Part shown: piece by piece, positions 8,958 through 16,983 of the stretch
How positions within the stretch are numbered: the first letter of the stretch is position 1
How the letters are laid out: the number at the start of each line of letters is the position of its first letter
From: Methanobacteriota archaeon
GTDB taxonomy: Bacteria > Myxococcota > UBA727 > JABDBI01
Reading direction: 5' to 3'
Length of the DNA stretch: 64,000 nucleotides
NCBI GenBank assembly: GCA_013288705.1
Contig: JABDBI010000006.1
Span: 9,078-73,077 of the forward strand
Translations under genes and position numbers: made by a program
The notes under the pieces: generated by a model
Database searches by the model: none
Told to the model about the DNA's origin: nothing
What the model saw: only the letters and a program-made list of their open reading frames with translations

Positions 8958-9899
8958 ATGCGACCTAAAGTTCATACTCTACTCAATTTAATTTTGTTCA
9001 CTCTCTTATTCTGTTCATCGCCACTCGCGATGAAAGTAAGTGATGGTGGTCTAAGCCATGTGCTGTTGAGGCCAGCTGCGCCCGCGCTTGTGCTTGCCGA
9101 TGAGGACCGAAGCGCGCAAGATGCGAGAGACGCCAGAGCGGCGCTTGATATCGCGATGGCTCCAAATCAAAGCACCGACTATAGCGTTGGTCGTGAGCGG
9201 ATGGCACGCCGCTTGCTGGGTTTGGCGAGAGCGGGTCGTGGTGGGCTTACCTTATTTGGAACGGAGTCTGAGTACGACAGCACGCAGGTGATAGAAGTCA
9301 CCTTAGGTGAGGCGCTGGATCTTGTGGATCTTGCTTGGATTTTAAGATACCCCATCCGAGAGGGAGGTGCGCTGCTCTTCTGGTGTAGGCGTGCAGAGCA
9401 ACTTGCCGTGACTGAACAGGACTGGGAAGTCATCGCCGACCGGTACTGGATGTTATATGGGCGCTCGCGCGGCCCCGAGGGTGCTTTACAGCATTTTTTA
9501 AGGGAGAGGATCGTTTTCGCGTACTCCCGTGCCGATAGAGACCACAGGGCGATAAGGTTTTTGCGAAACGAGCTGCGCTTTGAAGCAGAGCAGCAGGCTT
9601 ATAACAATCAGCGAATGCTGCATGGCGAAACTCTCACTCCTGAAGACTATTATTTGCTGACGCGCGCTTTTATGTATGGTTTTGGCGTCGAGCAGAACGA
9701 CGTTATCGCTGTTCGGATGGCCCTTCAAGCGCTCGGCGAAGCTGGAAACCCAATTTATCAGCACCCAACAATTTTGCAGCACATGGTTGAATTAATCCTC
9801 CAGCTCGCCGTACAGAACCGTGGTGGGTTACGTGCACGCATGCCGGATGGCAGCTTTAATCCGCAAATCATGGCGATTGCAGCTTTGCAGCGCCATTGA
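8958..9899 (+). CDS. Hypothetical secreted protein with Sel1-like (SLR) repeat features
   Basis: Signal peptide (LLNLILFTLLFCSSPLA); helical repeats such as YYLLTRAFMYGFGVEQNDVIAVRMALQALGEAGNP resembling Sel1-like repeats. Confidence 0.45.
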   Translation: MRPKVHTLLNLILFTLLFCSSPLAMKVSDGGLSHVLLRPAAPALVLADEDRSAQDARDARAALDIAMAPNQSTDYSVGRERMARRLLGLARAGRGGLTLFGTESEYDSTQVIEVTLGEALDLVDLAWILRYPIREGGALLFWCRRAEQLAVTEQDWEVIADRYWMLYGRSRGPEGALQHFLRERIVFAYSRADRDHRAIRFLRNELRFEAEQQAYNNQRMLHGETLTPEDYYLLTRAFMYGFGVEQNDVIAVRMALQALGEAGNPIYQHPTILQHMVELILQLAVQNRGGLRARMPDGSFNPQIMAIAALQRH

Positions 9900-9951
9900 C
9901 ACAGCATTTGGGTGGCACTAGCCTCGGTTCTTTTTATGAGTCGAGTAGTCA

Positions 9952-10968
9952 ATGATGCGCCACTATCTTTTATTTGGTACGGTTTTACTTCTGTCGCAGA
10001 TCTCTCAAGCAACACCGTTGCATGACGCCGTTCGGTTTGGCAACAGATGGGCTGCACAGGCGCTGCTAGCAGACGGCGGGGATTTGTATGCAATAGATGC
10101 ACAGCAAAGAACGCCTTTTGCAATTGCCCTTGCAGCAGGCAATCATCAAATGGTCACGCTTTTATTGGTTTGCGCTGTCATGCGCGCACAAAATCGTGGC
10201 CAAGACATTCGCGATGATGCGGCCGTTAGTAGAGTGTTGGCAGAACTTACTCCTCTACTTAACCAGAATCTAGCGGCAACTGTTACGCCGCCTGCCGAGG
10301 TGGAGCATAGCTTTGTGCGTGAGGAAGTCGCTCTCAATCTCGATCCACGCGTCTTTGCGAGTCTGCGTTTTGGTGCCCTTTCGCAGCAAAGCATTATTGA
10401 AGATTCTCTGCATCATGCATCTTTAACTGGTATGGCGTCGATTCTTCCTTTTGCGGTGGGACGTCTAACCCCACTTCGTCAAACAGCGCTCCATCTTTTT
10501 GCCATGCATACCGATCGCCCCTTAATGATCTTCTTGCTTGCAGGATTTGGAGGAAGTATGCACGCGTTGGATCACAATGGTAGAACTGCGTTTGCTGCAG
10601 CACGTGCAGCTGGGCGCGAACGCAATGCACTGGCGCTGCTTCTTTGTATGGTGCGGGAACTCCATGTTGGTCACACACGCATGAATGGAGTTCAGCGCGT
10701 GCGTGATGCATATGTGAATGCAGTTGACGGTGTGCGTAGAATACCCGCTGATCCCATCGATGAAGCAGCACTTTTCGGAATGGTTAATGGTATGATTGGG
10801 TTCTTGCAAACGGTTTTTCATGCTGTCAAAGAGCAAGAAGTAATAGCAATGCGCATGTTTCAAGCTTTATCCCTTCATTACGCTCAACAAAGAGGAGCAT
10901 TGACAATGGTTGGGAGGCCACTTGGTGTGTGGAGTAGCTGTGCTACTTCGGGGTCGGGAATTTGGTGA
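9952..10968 (+). CDS. Ankyrin-repeat protein with signal peptide
   Basis: TPLHDAVRFGNRWAAQALLADGGDLYAIDAQQRTPFAIALAAGNHQMVTLLL and RQTALHLFAMHTDRPLMIFLLAGFGGSMHALDHNGRTAFAAARAAG match the ANK consensus. Confidence 0.75.
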   Translation: MMRHYLLFGTVLLLSQISQATPLHDAVRFGNRWAAQALLADGGDLYAIDAQQRTPFAIALAAGNHQMVTLLLVCAVMRAQNRGQDIRDDAAVSRVLAELTPLLNQNLAATVTPPAEVEHSFVREEVALNLDPRVFASLRFGALSQQSIIEDSLHHASLTGMASILPFAVGRLTPLRQTALHLFAMHTDRPLMIFLLAGFGGSMHALDHNGRTAFAAARAAGRERNALALLLCMVRELHVGHTRMNGVQRVRDAYVNAVDGVRRIPADPIDEAALFGMVNGMIGFLQTVFHAVKEQEVIAMRMFQALSLHYAQQRGALTMVGRPLGVWSSCATSGSGIW

Positions 10969-11861
10969 CAGATCTGACTGTTTATATCGCACATCCAGAT
11001 TACCTTGGCGCGCTGTGCCAAGAGCTGGGCGATGTTTCATCTGTGGCCGGTAATCTGGTGTTTTCCACGCAGGAGAAGCGAGATATTTGTTTTGCTTCGG
11101 ATATTTGGTTTCGCGCGCAGATCGTCAAGTTTGAATCTATCTCCGAGGCAGTGCGTATTTTGCGTGCCGCAGGAAAGTACTGGTTTCTGAATCCCGTCGA
11201 GAGCATTCGTCGATCACACTTAATCGCGGAGCAATTGCGAAAGCTACCAAACCTCAAGCAGTCTTTTCCCATCAGCACACCACTGCCGCAGATTGGCTGC
11301 TTCAGCCTGCTAGACAAAAACACGCTGGTCTATGCGCAGGAGCGCTGGAAAGATCCGCCGCTCGGTGATTTTCAGTTTATTGAGGACAAGGAGAATCCGC
11401 CGAACCGTGCGTATTTGAAACTGTGGGAAGCGCTCGCTCTATATGGGTGCTATCCCGCACAGGGAGAGACGGCGATCGATCTTGGCGCATCGCCCGGGGG
11501 CTGGACGTATGTGATGCAATCGCTAGGCGTGAACGTGACAGCAGTGGACAAAGCGCCACTTGAGCCGCGTATTGCGCAGTTGCCTAACGTCACATTTCTC
11601 AAACAAAGTGCTTTTGCGCTAAACCCGGCGAACTTGAAAACAGCGGTGGATTGGTTGCTTTGCGACGTAGCTTGCTATCCTGAGCGTTCGTACCATCTCA
11701 TCATGGCTTGGCTCAATTCGGGAAAGGCCAAGCGGATGATTGTCACCATCAAATTGCAAGGCGCGACAAACCTGGAAGTTATCGGGCGATTCAAGGCTAT
11801 CCCGGGTGCGCGTGTGATTCACCTTCTTCAAAATAAACACGAAGTAACGCTTCTTTTGTAA
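10962..11861 (+). CDS. FtsJ/RlmM-like SAM-dependent rRNA 2'-O-ribose methyltransferase
   Basis: AIDLGASPGGWTYVM SAM-binding motif, LLCDVACYP, KLW/EA motif upstream; start (TTG 10962 / GTG 10965) uncertain. Confidence 0.6.
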   Translation: MVTDLTVYIAHPDYLGALCQELGDVSSVAGNLVFSTQEKRDICFASDIWFRAQIVKFESISEAVRILRAAGKYWFLNPVESIRRSHLIAEQLRKLPNLKQSFPISTPLPQIGCFSLLDKNTLVYAQERWKDPPLGDFQFIEDKENPPNRAYLKLWEALALYGCYPAQGETAIDLGASPGGWTYVMQSLGVNVTAVDKAPLEPRIAQLPNVTFLKQSAFALNPANLKTAVDWLLCDVACYPERSYHLIMAWLNSGKAKRMIVTIKLQGATNLEVIGRFKAIPGARVIHLLQNKHEVTLLL

Positions 11862-11923
11862 TGGCGCACATGTTGCAATAAAACTTGTTTTTGTTTTACA
11901 ATTGTGGACCACAGGAGGTAGTT

Positions 11924-12493
11924 ATGAAAACGATATCAAGTTTTGCTGTTTCATTGTTGTTGCTAGCAAGTACATCTTTGGTTGCATCTGATGCGATGAA
12001 AGAAAGAGTTGTATCGAAAGCTGATATGCACCATGCAGCGGAGGCAATTACAGCCATCCAGAAACAAGATCCTTCCATAAAGAAATTCTTCGATAAATCT
12101 TGCGCCTATGTGATCTATCCGTCGGTAGGTGAAGGTGCCCTAATTGTTGGAGGAGCCCATGGTAAGGGGCTGGTCTACGAAAAGGGTTCAGATGGCCAGT
12201 TTTCGTTAGTTGGTTATTCAGAGCTGACAAAAGTGAGCGCTGGCCTGCAAGCTGGTGGGCAAAGCTATAGGGAAATTGTGTTTTTTGAAAATAAGACTGC
12301 TTTTGCCGACTTAAAGAAGGGCAAGGCGCAGCTGAGTGCGCAAGCTTCCGGGGTTGCATTGAAGAGAGGTTCGGCGTCTGAAGCTGCTTACAAAGACGGA
12401 GTTGCTGTATTTTTGATGCCGAAAAAGGGCGTGATGGGCGAACTCTCCGTGGGTAGCCAGCAAATGAGTTATGAGCGAGCCAAAAGAAAGTAG
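11924..12493 (+). CDS. SYLF (DUF500, Ysc84-like) lipid-binding domain protein, secreted
   Basis: aggagg before ATG 11924; signal peptide; CAYVIYPSVGEGALIVGGAHGKGLVYE ... SAGLQAGGQSY ... typical SYLF pattern. Confidence 0.7.
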   Translation: MKTISSFAVSLLLLASTSLVASDAMKERVVSKADMHHAAEAITAIQKQDPSIKKFFDKSCAYVIYPSVGEGALIVGGAHGKGLVYEKGSDGQFSLVGYSELTKVSAGLQAGGQSYREIVFFENKTAFADLKKGKAQLSAQASGVALKRGSASEAAYKDGVAVFLMPKKGVMGELSVGSQQMSYERAKRK

Positions 12494-12494
12494 C

Positions 12495-12884
12495 TCACGA
12501 GGGCCCACCCTTTAGCACAGCGATGGTGGCCCCATCACCGCCTGATTTTAACGGCGCCTTGCTAAAATGAGATACGCCTGCATGCTCGCGCAGAACATGC
12601 AGGACTTCTTGCTTCACCTTCCCGCTTCCTTTGCCATGAATAATTAAAACGCAACGTTGTTTTTTTTGTCTAGCGACGCGTAGAAACGCCAGGAGTGAGT
12701 TTCGTGCACGTTCGGTGGTCATACCATGCAGGTCAATGGTTGCTTCAATGTCGGCGGGCTTGGGACGCGTTAAGCGGGATTTTGCGCGTTTCTTTGGAGC
12801 CGCTGCTTGGTCTTTATCTTTGATGAACTGCAAGAACGAAGCGTGGAATCCTTCACCTAAGGCTTTTAGAAACTCGTTCTCCAT
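12495..12884 (-). CDS. Smr domain protein
   Basis: IDLHGMTTERA ... CVLIIHGKGSGKV Smr/MutS2 C-terminal domain motifs. Confidence 0.8.
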   Translation of the reverse strand: MENEFLKALGEGFHASFLQFIKDKDQAAAPKKRAKSRLTRPKPADIEATIDLHGMTTERARNSLLAFLRVARQKKQRCVLIIHGKGSGKVKQEVLHVLREHAGVSHFSKAPLKSGGDGATIAVLKGGPS

Positions 12885-12958
12885 CTCTTGAGTCTAAACG
12901 AGTTTGCAATGGTGCGTCAAACACGATACGGCACTCTCCTCTTTAAAGGGAGCGATGT

Positions 12959-13288
12959 ATGGACGAGATTACTTTCACACGACGAGGACTTTTGAAGAGT
13001 GCGATGCTGGCTGGTGCGACAATTGTAGTTGGTGCGAGCTTGCTCAGCTGCAAGAAGAAGCCGCAGGAATTAAACTGCACCGATGTGAGTCTTTTGCCGC
13101 CCGCAGAGCGCACCGCGCGTGAAGCCTTGAAATATGTGGAGCATTCGCCCTACGCCGATAAGAAATGTCAAAACTGTCGTTTGTTTGTTGTACCGCCAAA
13201 GACTGGGAATTGCGGTGGTTGCCAGGTTGTGAAGGGGCCGATTAACCCCGATGGACACTGTATATCCTGGATTGCTAAGGCAGTGTGA
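12959..13288 (+). CDS. High-potential iron-sulfur protein (HiPIP) with Tat signal
   Basis: TRRGLLKSAMLAGA twin-arginine signal; four Cys in HiPIP spacing KCQNCRLF..GNCGGCQVV..PDGHCISW. Confidence 0.75.
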   Translation: MDEITFTRRGLLKSAMLAGATIVVGASLLSCKKKPQELNCTDVSLLPPAERTAREALKYVEHSPYADKKCQNCRLFVVPPKTGNCGGCQVVKGPINPDGHCISWIAKAV

Positions 13289-13733
13289 GGGGCCGCCTTT
13301 TTTTCCTGCGGACTTTTTTTCCAGGTTCTTCAACTTCTTCTTCTTTTTCTTCCTCCTTTTCTTCCTCCTTTTCCTCTTCTTCTTCGGAATGTGGCTCCTC
13401 GGGCTCATGCTTGCCCGGTTCGGGATCATCGCGTCTCGACGACAAAACGCGCGGTTCTTCCGGCGGATTTTCGATTTCAGAAAAATCTATCGCTGTGGCA
13501 AGCGAGTAGATTCGTAGCATTTGGCCTGCTGCAAAATGAATCGGTCCGCAATATGACGAAGATGTATTAAAGAGCGCTAATGTGAGCGCAACCACTCGAC
13601 TCGAAAGTACCATAAGGCACCTCGCTGTGAACTGTGAAAAACGATTTAGTCGAGAAGCTAACATAGTACATTTATCGACGTAGTCAATCGAAAAACGAAG
13701 ATGCAAAAAATGGCATGCGGATGCGGATTGCAA
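13275..13733 (-). CDS. Hypothetical protein with acidic E/K tract and basic C-terminus (start uncertain)
   Basis: ..EPEEPHSEEEEEKEEEKEEEKEEEVEEPGKKVRRKKRRPLTLP; encoded across a homopurine tract; internal ATGs at 13664 and 13613 are alternative starts. Confidence 0.35.
   Translation of the reverse strand: MQSASACHFLHLRFSIDYVDKCTMLASRLNRFSQFTARCLMVLSSRVVALTLALFNTSSSYCGPIHFAAGQMLRIYSLATAIDFSEIENPPEEPRVLSSRRDDPEPGKHEPEEPHSEEEEEKEEEKEEEKEEEVEEPGKKVRRKKRRPLTLP
13334..13385. repeat. 52-nt homopyrimidine (plus strand) / homopurine tract
   Basis: cttcttcttctttttcttcctccttttcttcctccttttcctcttcttcttc, only C/T on the plus strand. Confidence 0.9.
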
Positions 13734-13772
13734 AGGCGTGGTTTTGTTTTACGTTAGCGGCGGAGACTGTCC

Positions 13773-14878
13773 ATGAATAACGTATTATCGAGAATAATTT
13801 TTTGTTGTCTTTTATGTGGCGACGTCAAATCTCAATTGATTGAAGAAGGCGCGAAAAATGGAGAGAGAAAAACGGAGAGATCGGCGAAGAAATTTATCAT
13901 AGCTGCAGCGGTCGTGGGAACGGCAATATATGTGGTGGCAAGTAATTTACCGAGGCAAATTACTTTCAAACAAAATGATCATCTCATCCTTGGCGATGAC
14001 AATGGTTCGCCGTATCATCGCCCGTCAACGGAGCAGAAGTGCTTGCCGAGATGCCAAAAAGGATCGATCGGTGAGCGCACTAAAAGCCTGACTGCGACGG
14101 TTAAGCACACCATGCCGTTGCGCTACCCACATTTGAATAGACATTTGCAGGAGCTTCCTAGTCTCCCAACTTCTGGAACGCTGGTTAACCTCGGGGCTGG
14201 CCTTATCCCTAGCGGAACTGGATTAACGACGTCGACGTTTTCACCGTTCATGCATGAGCTTCTCCGCTTCTTTGCCGGCTATCGCTTTATAGTCGTGGAC
14301 GCGTCCGCAAGCGTTCTGAATGCTCTTCCGTCCAGCGTTTACGATTTTTCTCTGGCACAAAGTGTTGTCGATCGGGAAGGCAATTTTGGTTTTGATGAAG
14401 AAACATATAGAAGAATGCTGGAGACGTTTTTAAGGGGAGTTCCACCGAGAATCGCCCCCAGGGCTTTTGAGAGCATCCAAGCTGATTTTCGGTCCTTTGA
14501 AATCGACGAGAATTCGGTGGATTTTATGTTTGCGTTGCTTTCGCTCAGTCACGCCTTAGATTCTCTAAGCACATCAGGGGGAGGGTTGGCCTCATGCTGA
14601 AGTACTTGAAAGCGCTTAAAGTCGGTGGAAGACTTTATGTAGAAGACAACGTTATTTATGCTTTTTTGCAAGACCTTGGCTTCAGAATGCGTAATCCTGC
14701 GGAGCCATATGTGATCCCCATCGCTGGGAGCCGATTTGAAATGGTGCGCATTCTCTCTCCCGCGCCTGACAGTGGCCAGCGATTTGCAGGCAGAGTGTTA
14801 AAAGGGATTAGGTCAACCAATCCCAATGCTGATGCGCTGCTGTGCCCGGATTTATTTGTTGTGCGAAGGCTCGATTAG
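13773..14878 (+). pseudogene. Class I SAM-dependent methyltransferase-like gene split by a frameshift at a G5 run (ORFs 13773-14600 and 14594-14878)
   Basis: ORF1 has LVNLGAGL (motif I-like), FIVVDAS, SVDFMFALLSLSHAL; ORF2 frame, open from 14501, reads ..GRVGLMLKYLKALKVGGRLYVED (the LKPGG-type post-motif); junction at ggggg 14577-14581. Confidence 0.55.
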
Positions 14879-14930
14879 GCAATTGACCAAGGGCCCTTGC
14901 TCCGGCAATGACAGTGTAAAGGAGCCAGCG

Positions 14931-15740
14931 TTGATAAAACAAGTCATTTTCAGAAGTGTTTTTCTATTAAGCATTCAACTTTTTGCCTGGGCAAGCTTTG
15001 CGCAGATCTATGAAATCAAAAATATGCGCGACATTGTCGCTGAGGTGAAGCCTGGTACCTTGGTGATTTGGGACTTGGATAATACGCTGTATCGGCCGAC
15101 GGGATATTTGGGAAGCCATGAGCACTTTGACTTTTTGCTCCGGATCTATGAGCTCAATGGCCTCAATGCGACCGAGGCACTGAAAGAAGCAGACAGAGTT
15201 TGGAATCTATCGCAAAGCGAGATTCAGGTGCAACCCGTCGAAAAAGACACGCCTGCAATTGTCAAACAGCAACAAGCCAAAAAAATTCGAACGATGGCTC
15301 TTACTGCCCGCTCGACAGCGGTGATGCAAACAACTCAAAAGCAAATCAATTCGATTGGAGTTGATTTCTCAAATCATAGCGTGGCAAACGAAAAAGCAGT
15401 CCTATCGCGAGATACTTTTGGATTGCCAGAAGATGCCATCTTCGAGCGAGGGGTGCTATTTGTTGGTGATACGAACGACAAGGGAATTGTGCTTGAGAAA
15501 TTTCTGAAAGTAGTGGGATATACGCCTAAGAAAATTGTTTTTGTTGATGACCGTGAAAAAAATGTCAAAGACATGGATGCAGTTTTGAAGAGATTAAAAA
15601 TTCCCTACGCCTGCTTTAGATATGGTGCAGCCGATGAGAAAGTATCTTTCTTCAACAAGATCATTGCGGAGCTGAAGGACAAACAGACAGCTGATCTCTT
15701 CTTGTTGGGCAAGGCTCCGAAGGTCGCAGAGGCCAACTAG
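14931..15740 (+). CDS. Secreted HAD-superfamily-like hydrolase
   Basis: aaggag 6 nt before TTG 14931; signal peptide IFRSVFLLSIQLFAWASFA; VIWDLDNTLY (DxDxT motif I), LTARS (motif II), VFVDDREKNV (motif IV-like). Confidence 0.55.
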   Translation: MIKQVIFRSVFLLSIQLFAWASFAQIYEIKNMRDIVAEVKPGTLVIWDLDNTLYRPTGYLGSHEHFDFLLRIYELNGLNATEALKEADRVWNLSQSEIQVQPVEKDTPAIVKQQQAKKIRTMALTARSTAVMQTTQKQINSIGVDFSNHSVANEKAVLSRDTFGLPEDAIFERGVLFVGDTNDKGIVLEKFLKVVGYTPKKIVFVDDREKNVKDMDAVLKRLKIPYACFRYGAADEKVSFFNKIIAELKDKQTADLFLLGKAPKVAEAN

Positions 15741-16983
15741 AGGTGGCATATCGCACAACGTTACGGGTGTGAGATCCGATCGATTCACCCATGCTGTCCA
15801 GCTCTTGCATGAGCCTGTCTGCGTGCGCTGCGCGTGCATGGGACTCTTTTGCGACGACATCTCTCGGGTATGAATCGTCATAACGTGGATAGTGAAAATC
15901 ATGCCTGGCATTCATCAAAGCTTGCATCATCTTCGATGGCGCAGGGTTGGCAAAATCTGCTTGTAGCAGTCGAAAATAATAGTCTTCCAATGCTAAATGC
16001 TCCTGTGTCACTTTTTGCACCACCGCTTTCCGAGGCGACGTAATGCCAATGCTATTGAGAGCGTTTACAAAAATCAAATATGCGGTGTGTGTTCCAGGAG
16101 CGACCGTTGAGTGGTAAGGCTGCGTCAAGTCTTGGACATGATGAATGGCCCATCCGAGAAAGCGATAACCCCAATAGGGATGCCCCGAGCGAAATGCATA
16201 ACGAGAGAGTGCCAGGTAGGTGTGAATGCGATATTCCGGATAGCAGCGCTTTAAGAAACCTGCAAGCATGTAGAGCAACGACGATTCGTGAAAGAAGCCC
16301 ATGTGAAATGGCGCTTGGCTAGAGAAAAATATTGTCGGGTTACCAAAGGGCTGTTCGCCAAAGCCATAGATATCGCCATAGGGCGTGTGGTTATCTTGCC
16401 AAAGACCAATGTCGAGCCCGTAGTCGGGTTCATCGGCAGCTGTTGCAATCACCTCGAGCGCAGGCACTTTGTCTGATGGGTAAACAGCCTCGACGCGGCC
16501 CTTTGCAACGCGCCCCGAGAAGTCAGCGACGAGGGGGCCGAGCATGATGTTCCCGAGGGAGAGGGAATGTCGGATGCGGTGCGTTGAACCTGGTGGGTAC
16601 TGCAAAAACAATGCAAATGGCAAATCGGGTTTGACGCGAATGCTTTGCAAGAACGCGTTTTGCAATGTCGCTGTTGCCGGGTGCGCGCTGCTAAACGCAA
16701 GCTGCGCGGGTAAGTGCGGGTAAGTCGGCACATGCTTATTCGCCCAGGCTTCATTCTCTGCGAGCACTTTTGCCAAGCCTACTTTTTCTGCCGCAACAAA
16801 AGACGCCAGTGTCTCGACGTGGACATCCGGCGCAGCGGCAATCTCAGGCATGTTTTTCAACGCCGCAAACGTGAGCAGAAAATGGCTATCCCAAGCGCCA
16901 AGTGGCTGTGCGGAAAGCGTCCAAATTAACAACGACCAGCTAAGTGTTTTTTTCACACGGGTTATTGTTGGAACTTCCGACAT
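15661..16983 (-). CDS. Secreted zinc-dependent phospholipase C / P1-nuclease superfamily protein
   Basis: Signal peptide ending ..LSAQPLGA followed by WDSH (mature N-terminal Trp as in Zn-PLC/P1 nuclease); HHVQDLTQPYH matches H-x3-D-x3-P-x-H zinc site (alpha-toxin HYFGDIDTPYH). Confidence 0.6.
   Translation of the reverse strand: MSEVPTITRVKKTLSWSLLIWTLSAQPLGAWDSHFLLTFAALKNMPEIAAAPDVHVETLASFVAAEKVGLAKVLAENEAWANKHVPTYPHLPAQLAFSSAHPATATLQNAFLQSIRVKPDLPFALFLQYPPGSTHRIRHSLSLGNIMLGPLVADFSGRVAKGRVEAVYPSDKVPALEVIATAADEPDYGLDIGLWQDNHTPYGDIYGFGEQPFGNPTIFFSSQAPFHMGFFHESSLLYMLAGFLKRCYPEYRIHTYLALSRYAFRSGHPYWGYRFLGWAIHHVQDLTQPYHSTVAPGTHTAYLIFVNALNSIGITSPRKAVVQKVTQEHLALEDYYFRLLQADFANPAPSKMMQALMNARHDFHYPRYDDSYPRDVVAKESHARAAHADRLMQELDSMGESIGSHTRNVVRYATSSWPLRPSEPCPTRRDQLSVCPSAPQ

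Noticed and set aside
13251-13517. Plus-strand ORFs encoding poly-Phe/Leu or poly-Ser across the homopyrimidine tract
   Set aside because: They are translations of a C/T-only tract. They have no start context or domain-like flanks.
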